NCBI GenBank assembly: GCA_011605725.1
Contig: JAAOZP010000011.1
Location: 1 to 64,000, forward strand
DNA length: 64,000 nucleotides
Direction: 5' to 3'
Origin: Nitrososphaerota archaeon
GTDB lineage: Archaea; Thermoproteota; EX4484-205; JAAOZP01
Positions 9,388 to 20,112 of the stretch are shown here, in pieces. The notes beneath the pieces are model-generated. The model searched no databases. It saw only the letters and a program-made list of their open reading frames with translations, and had not been told where the DNA came from. The position numbers were made by a program, and so were the translations under genes. How positions within the stretch are numbered: position 1 is the first letter of the stretch; every line of letters begins with the position of its first letter.

Positions 9388-11436
9388 ATGAGGGAGTCCG
9401 CAGCTAAAGTTGTTTTAGAGAAAGGACTTACTGTGAAAAGTCTAGCGCTCATCCTCATATATACCTTTCTATTCGTACCGGTAAACGCCTACGCTAACCA
9501 GATAGCCGGAGGCTCTGCAATGATAGGGTCTCCACTGGGAGTCTTATTCTTAGTCTCACTAGCTGGTCTTTTCGCAAAGGTCTTGAGGCTTACGCCTCAG
9601 GAGGCTGCAACATTCTGGGCGGCTGTAGCGATAGGAGCCGGAGGCTCCTTCTGGATAATGTATTGGGGACGTTTTGAGGCGATGATCGGCTTTGTCTACA
9701 GGTTTCCAGAATCAGCCTATCTGAGGACAGTTATTCCAAGCTTCGTTGTCCCAACAAACACAGCCGTATTGGACGCCATGTGGTCGGGCGGCGCTGCTAT
9801 GAATCTCGGAGTATGGCTTGGCCCAATAATATTCTTCATGCTGGGCGCGATCGCCTGGGCGTTCACAGGCCTGTTTCTAGCAGGAATCATCGGAAAACAA
9901 ATGCTGGAAGTCGAGAAGCTTCCATTCCCAGTCGGTATGATCGTGGGTTATGATGTAAACTTCATCACTAAGTATGAGGATTCGCAGCGTCCGAAGCTGT
10001 TCAGCTGGGCTAGGGGTAAATACATCTGGATCGGGTTTATAATCGGTGTAATCGTATTTGTACCAACAGTTATAGTTGCAGACTGGTTCCCAGACTTCTG
10101 GCCGTCTCTCGGAATCTCGCTTCCCTACCCAACCCAGTTCAGCCTTGGAGGATGGTTGAACACTGTTCTCGCAGGCTTAAGGGCGTGGGCGCCTGTTGAC
10201 ACGGGCCTATTCTTCCTTCCAACCACAGTTGTCTACGCTTACCTTGCTCCTCTCGACCTTACGTTAACCGTGTGGGTGCTGTTCTTCATCTTCAAGTGGA
10301 TATGGCCCATAATTGGATATGGCACAGGCATCATACCTGCTGGAAAAGATTACATGAACATGCAGGCATGGGGAGGTCCAAACCTATACTGGATTATGGG
10401 TGACGGCAGCGGAATATGGTATGGAATAGCGTTATACTGGATTGTTGCAAACCGCAAGGTTATTGTAAATAGCCTTAAGTCTGCCTTGAAGACTTCCTCA
10501 GGCTCTGAAACAGGCTATCCCTCCGACAGGCTGCTCTGGGCTGGCCTAGGCGTTTCATTCCTACTCATAGTGTTAACAAACCTTGCAATCTGCGTGCCCG
10601 TAGCGATGGCGGTGATCGTCGCGATAATATTCGTCTTAGCTCAAATAGCTTGGGCAAGGGCGATGGGTGAAGGCTATATTGCTCAAGTCTCCGGTCCAAG
10701 ACCATGGTATTCGACGATACATCAGGTTGCTGACTTTGGTTTAGCAACCGGGATGTTTCCCTCACCGTCTGGGACAACTGATAGGTTTGACGTTGGAGCA
10801 TACATGACGGGGTATGTGAGCAACCTGTATTTCGGTGTGATCTACCAGTCGTCTAACAGGGCAGCAGACGTTTTAAACTATTTCCGTGTGGCTCAGATGA
10901 CGAATACCTCATACTGGGACATAATTAAAGCAGTCGCCATAACAGTCATAGTAGGGTATTTCCTGGGAGTCCTGTTTACAACGGCTTCGCTTCACGCGAA
11001 GGGCGGTGCGAACATAGCGGGTTACGCGTTCAGCCCAAGCTTCTTCACAAACATGAGGGGGTACGCGCTAGTCGGCTCCGTGAACCCGACGGAGAGTTCG
11101 AGAGCATTAGGAGGGCCGGCTGGATACTATGCGCATTTCATAGTGGGCATCATCATAGCTTTCATACTGTACTATCTTAGGGCTAGATACACATGGTTCT
11201 TCATCAATCCTGTTGGAGTCGTACTAGCTCCAATAGCTTTCTTCGCCCTCAACGCATTCCTAGGATGGTTACTCAAATACTTAACTTTGAAGATAGGTGG
11301 AACAAAGGTTTACGAAGAGGTGGCGATACCGTTCTGCGTCGGCTGGATGCTTTCAATAGCACTCCTGCTAGGATTCCTAGACCCCATCGGAATATTCGTA
11401 ATGCGAGGAAGCCAGTTTAAGCTTGGGGGCTTCTAA
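9388..11436 (+). CDS. Polytopic membrane protein, OPT-like / DUF6785-DUF6784 putative transporter subunit
   Basis: About 16-17 TM; VEKLPFP motif; WFFINPVG; WLLKYLTLKIGG..YE..IPFCVG; GGTGA RBS before ATG 9388. Confidence 0.75.
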   Translation: MRESAAKVVLEKGLTVKSLALILIYTFLFVPVNAYANQIAGGSAMIGSPLGVLFLVSLAGLFAKVLRLTPQEAATFWAAVAIGAGGSFWIMYWGRFEAMIGFVYRFPESAYLRTVIPSFVVPTNTAVLDAMWSGGAAMNLGVWLGPIIFFMLGAIAWAFTGLFLAGIIGKQMLEVEKLPFPVGMIVGYDVNFITKYEDSQRPKLFSWARGKYIWIGFIIGVIVFVPTVIVADWFPDFWPSLGISLPYPTQFSLGGWLNTVLAGLRAWAPVDTGLFFLPTTVVYAYLAPLDLTLTVWVLFFIFKWIWPIIGYGTGIIPAGKDYMNMQAWGGPNLYWIMGDGSGIWYGIALYWIVANRKVIVNSLKSALKTSSGSETGYPSDRLLWAGLGVSFLLIVLTNLAICVPVAMAVIVAIIFVLAQIAWARAMGEGYIAQVSGPRPWYSTIHQVADFGLATGMFPSPSGTTDRFDVGAYMTGYVSNLYFGVIYQSSNRAADVLNYFRVAQMTNTSYWDIIKAVAITVIVGYFLGVLFTTASLHAKGGANIAGYAFSPSFFTNMRGYALVGSVNPTESSRALGGPAGYYAHFIVGIIIAFILYYLRARYTWFFINPVGVVLAPIAFFALNAFLGWLLKYLTLKIGGTKVYEEVAIPFCVGWMLSIALLLGFLDPIGIFVMRGSQFKLGGF

Positions 11437-11480
11437 ACCCCTACCACACCGCTTTTTTTCAAAAATCGTGGTGAGTCAGG

Positions 11481-14400
11481 ATGAGTGTAACGATGACGAG
11501 AGTATCCGGTAAAGGGAGTCGGCTTTACTTAGCCCTATTACTCGTCTTTTCCATAAGTCTGTTTTCCCACTATAGTTTAACCAAACACGTCTATGGTCAG
11601 CGGGAAATGAATACTGCCACGCTTTACGAGTACATGAAGCTGATGGATTTTGAAAACATTAGGCGGCACGTGTATTTTTTCTCTTCTCTAAACACGAGGG
11701 TCGTCGGGACGGAAGGGTTTTATAAGGCTGCTGAATACGTGGCGAACGAATTTTCAAAATACGGTTTAGAACCTGGGCCGGACGGCTACTATCATTTTTA
11801 CAATCATTCAGCGACTGTTGAGAATACGGCTGAGCTTTCAGTAATCGACAATCCTACGATTAGCATAAGGCTACTCACCGTCTGGCCTAATCTTGTCCTC
11901 ACCAGTAAAACACCGCCTGGTGGGATCGAGGGTGAACTCTTATACGTAGGTGGCAACGGGGATCTTGAAGATTTCGATGGAAAGGATGTGGCTGGTAAAA
12001 TCGTCGTCATGAGTTATGGCACAGGGTCAAACTGGCTGAACGCGGCAAAACTGGGTGCAAAAGCAGTAATATTCCTGCCTTCATCCGCTCCCGTTGCGGA
12101 GAGCTCCCTGAGCAAGTTTACAACCACACCCCTCTATTTCCCGAGATACTATGCGCCTGATAACGCGTCCCTACTGGGGGAGCTTGCGAGAAAGGGTTCT
12201 GCTGTTCGAATCATGAGCAACATGCATTGGGAGATTATTCGTGGAATCAATATCCTTGGGATCGTGGAGGGACGTAGGAAGGATGAGATAATAATTGTTT
12301 CATCGCATTTCGACTCTTGGACGGCTGTGCCTGGACTTGCGCCAGGTGCAGACGAATCCTGCGGTATTTCCACGCTTTTGGAAATGGCAAGGGTCATGGC
12401 TGAGCTTGCTAAAGAAGGTCATTCTCCTGAGAGAACCGTCTGGTTCGTCGCCCTCTCCGGACATTGGCAGCAACTAGACGGTGCTAGGAACTTTGTGATG
12501 GATTATCTTTTCGACGGAAGGTCGGGTCGAGACTGGCCGTACACAACTCCAAGCCAATACAGGGTTTACGCGTGGATTGGACTCGACTTGTCTACTGGCT
12601 CCAATACGCTGGGCATACTGTTCTTCAGCTACATGTATAGGCCTCTCAACCTTATGGGTATATACAGTGGAAGAGGATCCGCGTTAGTGCAGTTGCTGAG
12701 GGCGGAGCAGCAGAAGAATTTAAAGAGCATTTTGAACGCTATGGCCAGCGTTTCACCAGAGTATTCGAACTATAGAGTCCTGTTTGGAGACGATGATATA
12801 GGGAAGAGCACACCAACCACCGGGTTCTACTACTCTTCAGGAGGAGAAGTTCAAGGAGGAATCAGTTACGTTCCCTACAGGGATTATTTGGAGTCTGAGC
12901 CAGCAATGATTGCCGGTACGCCTGCGTTAACCCTAAGAACCGTGTGCGACTACAGGTCTACATGGTGGACTTTACGAGACACTTTTGAAAAAGTTGATTT
13001 CAACAACCTGAGGCCCCAAGCTCTGTTTGCTTTCGGAATGATCTGGATAATTCTGAACGTTGATTCATTAGGGATAGACTACGAGACATATGCTACGCCA
13101 AGAGAACACTATACTGTTGCTGGAACATATACTGGGCCAGGTATGTCAGCCCTTAGAGGAAGCCTCCAAGTATATAATGAGTTTACAGACCGCTTTACAG
13201 ACTATCAGCCTAATGGGACAGGCCTCGTGGTCGTGGTAAACCAGCCGTTCGACCCAAGAAGTTATATAATAACTGTGGTTGACAGGGGTGGAAAGTTCCT
13301 GATAAAGGGGTTGGGCTCACCCTCACTGTACTACGGGTATGCAGGCATGGCTGGACCGAGTTACCAGTTTAACGCGTTCGTCATCGATAATGTTACTGGG
13401 AAAATCAACCTTGTATCAATGAGCGGTGTTCACACCGCGGGTTTATTCGTCATGGGCGGATTATCGTTTGTAGGCGTTCCCGCGGTTTACAGGGCTGGGG
13501 AACCGTTTAAGATACCTGTCTATAAGCCGGCGATAATCACTATTTTCGATGCTTTCAGCCCGTATCTTCTTTCACCCTCATATGTTGACCCGGTCACAGG
13601 AGACCCTAAGGACCCTGTGATAGATGCGACAAGCGTAGTCATATCCTCGCCCACACGGTTCTATCCTGGTCTTGCTTCCATAAGTCCCCCAATCAACCCG
13701 CTCACCGGGGCTGAGCACGAATCCTACTGGAGCTGGGAGAATCCTTACTCGAGCGTTTGGGTTGAATACGTCACGCCTAACGTGAAGGTTGGGCTTAGGC
13801 TGCAGAGCACTCAATGGGGGGTTCGACTCGGACTACTGACTAACAGCAGTGAACTCAATCTGGAAGGGGTCGGATTCACACTTAAGGAGGGCGAGGAGCT
13901 AAGGCTTTCTGCACTGAATATTGCCTCCGACCTCTTCGCTATGAATGAGGCGAGGATAAAGAGGCTGGAGCCATATGGAATTTTAGATCCAAACATTCTT
14001 AATCTGCATCAGCTCAGCAACCAGTTGCTGGAGGAGGCAAGGATTAGTTTACAGAATAAGCAATACAGCAAATATCAAACCCTTATCTACAGGGTCTGGA
14101 TGATGGAGGTAAATGTTTACAACAATTTGCTATCTATAATTTATGACGTTGGGTTTGTAACCGTCTTCTTCGCTGCCCTCCTCCTGCCTTTTGCCTATTT
14201 CTTAGGAAGAATGCTTTACAGCGGCACTGGAATAAAGGCTGTTGCAGTAACAATTTTAATCTTCTGCCTAGCATATATTGCCTTCAGTATTCTTCATCCC
14301 GGGATGAGTATTACTTCGAGCCCCACCACTATAGTGCTTGGCTTCGCGGTAGTCATACTCTTACTTCCAATATTTGCGATTTTCTCCGGTGAACTGTCTG

Positions 14401-16274
14401 TAGCTCTCGGGGAGTTAAGGAAAAAACTAGTTGGTGCACACGAGGAGGAAGTGTCCAGAGTGTCTCAAGCGTTTTTATCCATATCGATGGGTATTGGAAA
14501 CCTTAAGAAAAGATCTTTCAGAACCATACTTACTTCAATTACCCTAATAATATTCACCGCTTCCTTAACGTCGCTCGCATCCATGACCACCTTGAGAATC
14601 ATACAGTACACCCCCCTGCCGGGGCCTGTTGTTGAAGGTAGGAACATTCCGCCTGTTGCATTATACGATGGAATACAGATTAAACAGATAGGGTTTAACG
14701 CGTTGTCGAAAGAACTTTTGAATGTTGTGAAAGAAGCGATGGGCCCCGGAGCACTTGTCGACTATCAAGTCTGGTACTATCCCAATTTCTTCACAAGCAT
14801 TTCCGATGAAAGAACTTTTATAGTGTTGAGTAGTAACGGTACCGCCTCATACGTGTTCAACGCGTTTCTAGGCTTGTCTTCGGAAAGACTGTTGAAACTC
14901 TACGGTATTGATGCATTCATCCGAGGAGGATTATTAACTGCTGGTTCAGGTCAAACCGGAAGCGGGATTCCAGAGGTTATTCCAGTATTGATTCCTAAAA
15001 CAGCCGCTAGAAAGCTTAATTACGACTTGGGAGATGGTTTCACAGCTTTCGGTCTCCGCTTCATCGTGACCGGTGTGTTTGATGATGAAAGCCTGAATAA
15101 TGCACGCACGCTAGTTGACCTTGATCAAGATATTCCAACACCCATAGACTTATTGATGCCTATGGTTGGATTAGAGCAATTGGCTGCGTTAGGGTCTCCC
15201 TCCCGCTTGAAGAAGACGGATTGGGATAAAATCATGATTCTGCCGGCCGACGTGGCTGCGAATCTAGGTGGAGAAATAAGGGTGATGACTGTGACGTTTA
15301 AAAACGAATCGGATTTTGAAAAAGCAGTTTCTACGGAAAACGAGAACACTTTAGGGAGGCTTGTCGACGTGTATAATCTAGAGGTTGTAATAGGGAGAAA
15401 AGGGGAGGGAGTTAGCCTCATGAGTAGGCGCAACCAGATTACAATATCTGGCCTAAATCTGTTTATAGTGCCCCTAATAATGATGATGCTTGCAGTGTTT
15501 AACACATTGCTGACGAACATTTACGAGAGGACTAGAGAGGTCAAGATACTTAGTGCTGTCGGCGTGTCTCCGAGCAGCGTTACGTTCATGTTCATAGCGG
15601 AGGCCATGACTTTCGCCTTCGTATCCTCGTTTACAGGATACATCATAGGAATAGGGTTGATAAAGCTGTTCTCCTCGATACCTGGGTTTTTGCAAGCAGG
15701 TTTCACTCCAAACTACTCCGCAGGCATCGTCGTAGTGGCGATAGCGCTCCTAATGATGGCGACTCTAATAGCCTCCGTCTATCCTGCTCTTAAAGCAGGA
15801 ACATTAGTCACACCTTCACTGGAGAGGAAATGGAAGATCCCGACTAAGCCGTTGGGTGGAACATGGGAAATACCCTTACCCTTCTCAGCCAGCGGGCCGG
15901 AGGAGGCTCTCGCCGTCCTAAGGTTCGTGAAAGAGTATTTGGATGCAAATGCCCTTGAAAGAGCAGGAACGATGTTTGCAACAAAATCCAGCGAGTTACA
16001 GAAGATTTCCGATAAAGAATGGGTTTTGAAAAGCTTTGTCAGCCTTGCCCCGTTTGAAACAGGTATGGCTCAGACAGCTGAGCTTAGGGTTTCTCCAGAT
16101 GAGCAGGGAAGAATCATGTTCACCCTTAGGCTTGAACATAAGGGTGGACCGCTTGAAAGATGGTTCACGTCTGCAAGAGAATACGCTGGCCTAATAAGGA
16201 AACAGCTCCTACTCTGGCGAGGTCTTGTACCCGGTGAGAGGGCGAAGTACTTTGTGAAGCCCCAGGAGGTGTAA
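11481..16274 (+). CDS. 1597-aa fusion: signal/TM, PA domain plus M28 peptidase-like fold (degenerate), large extracellular region, FtsX/MacB-type permease
   Basis: TRVVGTEG..KAAEY, GKIVV..AAKLGAKAVI, SSHFDS, PGADESCG; GNLKKRSFRTILT; ERTREVKILSAVG...IAEA; YPALKA. Confidence 0.8.
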   Translation: MSVTMTRVSGKGSRLYLALLLVFSISLFSHYSLTKHVYGQREMNTATLYEYMKLMDFENIRRHVYFFSSLNTRVVGTEGFYKAAEYVANEFSKYGLEPGPDGYYHFYNHSATVENTAELSVIDNPTISIRLLTVWPNLVLTSKTPPGGIEGELLYVGGNGDLEDFDGKDVAGKIVVMSYGTGSNWLNAAKLGAKAVIFLPSSAPVAESSLSKFTTTPLYFPRYYAPDNASLLGELARKGSAVRIMSNMHWEIIRGINILGIVEGRRKDEIIIVSSHFDSWTAVPGLAPGADESCGISTLLEMARVMAELAKEGHSPERTVWFVALSGHWQQLDGARNFVMDYLFDGRSGRDWPYTTPSQYRVYAWIGLDLSTGSNTLGILFFSYMYRPLNLMGIYSGRGSALVQLLRAEQQKNLKSILNAMASVSPEYSNYRVLFGDDDIGKSTPTTGFYYSSGGEVQGGISYVPYRDYLESEPAMIAGTPALTLRTVCDYRSTWWTLRDTFEKVDFNNLRPQALFAFGMIWIILNVDSLGIDYETYATPREHYTVAGTYTGPGMSALRGSLQVYNEFTDRFTDYQPNGTGLVVVVNQPFDPRSYIITVVDRGGKFLIKGLGSPSLYYGYAGMAGPSYQFNAFVIDNVTGKINLVSMSGVHTAGLFVMGGLSFVGVPAVYRAGEPFKIPVYKPAIITIFDAFSPYLLSPSYVDPVTGDPKDPVIDATSVVISSPTRFYPGLASISPPINPLTGAEHESYWSWENPYSSVWVEYVTPNVKVGLRLQSTQWGVRLGLLTNSSELNLEGVGFTLKEGEELRLSALNIASDLFAMNEARIKRLEPYGILDPNILNLHQLSNQLLEEARISLQNKQYSKYQTLIYRVWMMEVNVYNNLLSIIYDVGFVTVFFAALLLPFAYFLGRMLYSGTGIKAVAVTILIFCLAYIAFSILHPGMSITSSPTTIVLGFAVVILLLPIFAIFSGELSVALGELRKKLVGAHEEEVSRVSQAFLSISMGIGNLKKRSFRTILTSITLIIFTASLTSLASMTTLRIIQYTPLPGPVVEGRNIPPVALYDGIQIKQIGFNALSKELLNVVKEAMGPGALVDYQVWYYPNFFTSISDERTFIVLSSNGTASYVFNAFLGLSSERLLKLYGIDAFIRGGLLTAGSGQTGSGIPEVIPVLIPKTAARKLNYDLGDGFTAFGLRFIVTGVFDDESLNNARTLVDLDQDIPTPIDLLMPMVGLEQLAALGSPSRLKKTDWDKIMILPADVAANLGGEIRVMTVTFKNESDFEKAVSTENENTLGRLVDVYNLEVVIGRKGEGVSLMSRRNQITISGLNLFIVPLIMMMLAVFNTLLTNIYERTREVKILSAVGVSPSSVTFMFIAEAMTFAFVSSFTGYIIGIGLIKLFSSIPGFLQAGFTPNYSAGIVVVAIALLMMATLIASVYPALKAGTLVTPSLERKWKIPTKPLGGTWEIPLPFSASGPEEALAVLRFVKEYLDANALERAGTMFATKSSELQKISDKEWVLKSFVSLAPFETGMAQTAELRVSPDEQGRIMFTLRLEHKGGPLERWFTSAREYAGLIRKQLLLWRGLVPGERAKYFVKPQEV

Positions 16275-16279
16275 GTCTC

Positions 16280-18223
16280 GTGATGACAGAATTAAAGAAA
16301 GAGGAAGTGATGACGAGCCGAGCCTTATTACTTATCATTTTCAGCTTATTAGTTATCACGCCGATCAACATTTTTACTTCCTACAGTATAGGTAACACTC
16401 TTAGCGGAAGCCTTTTAACACTACTATTGCTGTATGAGATTGGAAGGTTAACAGGAAAACCTATTTCAAAATCTGAGGCATTCTTGGTTTACTTCCTGGT
16501 TGCATACTTAACTAGCTCGCTGACCCCGGGGCTACTATTGTTCTGGAATTGGCCTATTCAGACATCGTTCAACGTTAATTTTCCCTTATGGAAATCGCTC
16601 GGGATCAGCAGCTATGCTAGTCGATTCTGGTGGTATGCTCCATCCATAGCTTATGATCCTAACGCTCCTAGAATAATAGGGCTCGAATGGCTTCCGAACA
16701 TAATGCTACAACTCTTTAATTACGCGTTAACGCTAATGATCTGGATATCCACATCCTTTATAATAGCAGCGCTCTATGCGAGAAAGGAGGAGAGAATGCC
16801 TTTCCCCGTTGCTCGAGTTCAGATAGAGACCATTATCGGCCTCGCTGAGCCTGAGCCGCTTAGAAAAAGAATACTTTCAATTTTCACCGTCGCCGGATTG
16901 CTATGGGGACTCATCATCTACGGTTTCCCAATAATTTCATACGCGTTCCTCGGAATCAGCATAGAGCCGGGCGCGATGCTTTTCCGCGACCTTACTAAGG
17001 TTGTGCAACAACGTCTCCCAGGCGCCGCTTTTGCAATCGCAATAGACTTGTCAACTATAATGGCGGGCTGGGTGATGCCCTCTAAAGTCGTCATCAGCGC
17101 TTTCGCCTCATCCTTTCTTTTCTTCGTCCTTGGGAACACGCTTGCACTGAGACTGCCCTGGGACTACTTTAAACTATGGCAAAACGACTATCATTATGGC
17201 CTTGATATCTTGAAGACCTATCAGTATTCGTATGCCGACGTCTGGTTCAGCCCGTTCATAGGAATAACCATCGCGGCAGGAACAATCCCGTTCGCATTGT
17301 ATGCGAAAAAGTATTATCGTGGCTTGAAAAGCCTTGTGAAAAGTGCTTCAGAAGCCAGGGCGGCAGGGGAAATCCCGTTAAGCTGGATACTTCTAATGTA
17401 TGTCAGTGCCACAGCATTATCTATTCTTGTGAATAAGCTCCTCATACTGCCTAATTTCCCACTCTGGCCCTATTTGGCTTACGCAGCATTCGGGTTTCTG
17501 ATGGCTATGCTGTTCGGCTGGGGTGTTGCAGAAACTGGTTTCGGAGGACCCGGGATAACTGACGTGGATAAGGTTCTCATATGGGTTTCTGGATACAAGG
17601 ATCTTGATGTTTTTCTCGGAGGATTTCCACCTCTAACGCCGGGCGGAGCACCGTCTGTTCTAGTCAACAATTGGATTGTCGGCGAAGCATGTGGCGTTAA
17701 GCCCATAACCTACATTAAGTGGATACTCCTGCTAACCCCCATAGGTCTTCTCATGACCTATGTTTACACGAATATTATCTGGTCTATCGCCCCTATTCCA
17801 TCCAACCTGTTCTACTCTCCAAGCATCAGCTGGCCGGTTGACGCTTTAAAGTGGACGTTTTGGCCTAGCCTAATTACTGGAAAGCTTCCGTATTCGGGCA
17901 CAATAAACCTCGACCTTAATGTTGTACTTGTCTCATTCATCGTTTCCGGAGCCTTCTACGTTGTAGCAGAATTCTTCAAGCTGCCGTTCTCTTTCATAGG
18001 CTTCGTAATAGGTGCTTCACCCACTTTTTACATTTCTTCATCATTTTCATGGCTGCTGGGAATGTTAATCGGCAAGATTGCCGAAAGAAGGCTTGGAAAG
18101 GAGTTTTGGGAGAGATACAAGGTGACGATGGCCGCTGGATTCGGCATAGGGACTGGTCTAATGGCCGGTTTCTCGATCGCACTCCTAATGATAAAAACAT
18201 CTATCTTCGCAAGCCCGTATTAG
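16280..18223 (+). CDS. OPT-like polytopic membrane protein, paralog of 9388-11436
   Basis: T.RA N-terminal motif; EERMPFPVA; WSIAPIPS; about 16 TM. Confidence 0.75.
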   Translation: MMTELKKEEVMTSRALLLIIFSLLVITPINIFTSYSIGNTLSGSLLTLLLLYEIGRLTGKPISKSEAFLVYFLVAYLTSSLTPGLLLFWNWPIQTSFNVNFPLWKSLGISSYASRFWWYAPSIAYDPNAPRIIGLEWLPNIMLQLFNYALTLMIWISTSFIIAALYARKEERMPFPVARVQIETIIGLAEPEPLRKRILSIFTVAGLLWGLIIYGFPIISYAFLGISIEPGAMLFRDLTKVVQQRLPGAAFAIAIDLSTIMAGWVMPSKVVISAFASSFLFFVLGNTLALRLPWDYFKLWQNDYHYGLDILKTYQYSYADVWFSPFIGITIAAGTIPFALYAKKYYRGLKSLVKSASEARAAGEIPLSWILLMYVSATALSILVNKLLILPNFPLWPYLAYAAFGFLMAMLFGWGVAETGFGGPGITDVDKVLIWVSGYKDLDVFLGGFPPLTPGGAPSVLVNNWIVGEACGVKPITYIKWILLLTPIGLLMTYVYTNIIWSIAPIPSNLFYSPSISWPVDALKWTFWPSLITGKLPYSGTINLDLNVVLVSFIVSGAFYVVAEFFKLPFSFIGFVIGASPTFYISSSFSWLLGMLIGKIAERRLGKEFWERYKVTMAAGFGIGTGLMAGFSIALLMIKTSIFASPY

Positions 18224-18237
18224 GAGGGAGATGCTGA

Positions 18238-19257
18238 GTGTTTGTGAAATCGATCTGGATGCATCCGGCAGATTTAGACGAGTCAAGAGACCGTTTGAAA
18301 CAAGTATTCTCAAAACTAGCTAAACACGGGTTCTCTAAGGTTTTCCTGTTTGTAAAGAACAGCGATGGCACTGTCATCTTCAGAACTAGGAACCCAGAGA
18401 TCCGTTCTACTATGTTCAGCACGGGTGAAGACATTCTTAAGAATGCGATTATGGTTGCGCATGATTTAAACGTGGAAGTTCACCCTACTTTCGTAGTTTT
18501 CTGCGAAGGCAATTGGAAAGGATGGGGAATGCCTTCTGAGCCAGGGGTATGGCTTTCGAAAAACCCGAGTCTAGTGCAATACGACAGGAAGGGAATACCG
18601 ATAATGAGATGGGCGGATCCTGCTAAGACGGAAGTTAGGAGACACGAGGCAGAGTTAATGCTTGAAGTTGTGAAAAACTATGATGTGGATGGGATCCAGC
18701 TGGATTATATAAGGTATCCTGAGGAAGCCGAGGGTTGCTTCTGCGATCATTGCAGGAAAACTTTTAGAGAACTGCATGGAATTGACCCTAAAGACATAAC
18801 TCAGCCTGATCAAAACATGAGCAAATGGGTTCAATGGAGGGCTCTGAACATCACTAGTTTCGTCGAGGAGCTTAGACTTGAATTGAGACGGGAGAAAGCG
18901 AGTGTCAAGCTTTCAGCCGCAGTCTTTAAAGACTATCCCAGATGCCTAGTCACGGTTGCTCAAGACTGGCCCTTGTGGGTTAAGAAAGGGTTTTTAGATT
19001 TCATCTGTCCAATGACTTACGAGTATGACTCTAAAGTAGCCAGGTATCTTGCTAGGAATCACAGAGCTGCTGTCGGTGGCGGAGCAACCATATATGAAGG
19101 TGTTGGGAAGAAATCCAGCCAATCCATCCTGTCCTCTGTTGAAGTTCTTGAACAGGCAGAGATTTTTAAGGAGGAAGGGGCTAATGGAATTACAATATTT
19201 GCCTACTCCTCCCTAACTGACGATGATCTTAATACTCTTGATAAATTAGGAGACTGA
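18238..19257 (+). CDS. Glycoside hydrolase-like 10 (GHL10/DUF187, YddW/DigH-like TIM barrel)
   Basis: AHDLNVEVH, ADPA..EVR, NYDVDGIQLDYIRYP, LSAAVF, QDWPLW...DFICPMTY. Confidence 0.85.
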   Translation: MFVKSIWMHPADLDESRDRLKQVFSKLAKHGFSKVFLFVKNSDGTVIFRTRNPEIRSTMFSTGEDILKNAIMVAHDLNVEVHPTFVVFCEGNWKGWGMPSEPGVWLSKNPSLVQYDRKGIPIMRWADPAKTEVRRHEAELMLEVVKNYDVDGIQLDYIRYPEEAEGCFCDHCRKTFRELHGIDPKDITQPDQNMSKWVQWRALNITSFVEELRLELRREKASVKLSAAVFKDYPRCLVTVAQDWPLWVKKGFLDFICPMTYEYDSKVARYLARNHRAAVGGGATIYEGVGKKSSQSILSSVEVLEQAEIFKEEGANGITIFAYSSLTDDDLNTLDKLGD

Positions 19258-19453
19258 TTCATTCTTACTCTATAGGCATATTCCACTTAAGAATCCTACT
19301 GCTGGCAAAAAGCTCGTCAGCGCGCGAGAATCAGTCCTATTAAAAGTCGAAAACAGGAGCCTCATATCATTGCTAGAACACTCTAAAGCTCCTTATTAGG
19401 AGGAGAATGTTTCAAAGCAAGGATTAAATACTCTTCTTTCATTCGCGAAAGCG

Positions 19454-19717
19454 ATGGAAGACAAGCTCGTGCTTTGCATACTAATCGTCTTCTTCACGCT
19501 GCCCGTCATTCTAAATGCTTTTATAAAGCTTGAGGATGTTCCAAGCCGATTAACGGTTACTCTGAAAGAAATAACCGTGAAGGTTCCGGGCTTAGAATCT
19601 GCCTACCACTGGGTGAAAAAACTCACGGCTGAAGGATACCTTGTTGAGCTCCTCCCCATAAATGAGCCAGGATATCTATATGAAATACATGGAATAAAGT
19701 ATATTTTTCAGCAATAA
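19454..19717 (+). CDS. Small hypothetical protein with N-terminal TM/signal
   Basis: TATA (TTAAATA ~19424) about 25 nt upstream; hydrophobic N-terminus. Confidence 0.55.
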   Translation: MEDKLVLCILIVFFTLPVILNAFIKLEDVPSRLTVTLKEITVKVPGLESAYHWVKKLTAEGYLVELLPINEPGYLYEIHGIKYIFQQ

Positions 19718-20112
19718 TAACAGGGTGGATTCACATATGTTCAAACACAGTCTTCAAAAAGCTAGCGCACGCATAGTTGGCTGAATACATGTTAGACAAG
19801 TATGTTGAACCCCCAAGGTTAAGAATTGGTCAAAGATTCCTCACCATAAATACTCCGGGTATTCATCAAGCTCTTCAAAGGCGAGAGGCTTTTGAAGGAG
19901 GACGAAGAGGCTGAGAAGAAATTGAGGAATATGGACTGGAATCTCATTAAGCGCGCTAGCAGCATGAGAGATAATGTCTCCTTTTTAGAAGAATTAGATT
20001 TTTGAAATCGCATAATCGTCCTTTTTGCACCTTAATCTTTAGAGGAGCCTAAAATTTTGAAGCCGGATGCGGTAGAAAAGTTAAAATTCCTCCGCGAGGT
20101 CTTCACATTGGC

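Noticed and set aside
19773-20005. Coding-like fragment between motif copies (…IKLFKGERLLKEDEEAEKKLRNMDWNLIKR…)
   Set aside because: Probably a gene remnant, but interrupted and not assignable to a family, so not listed as a feature.
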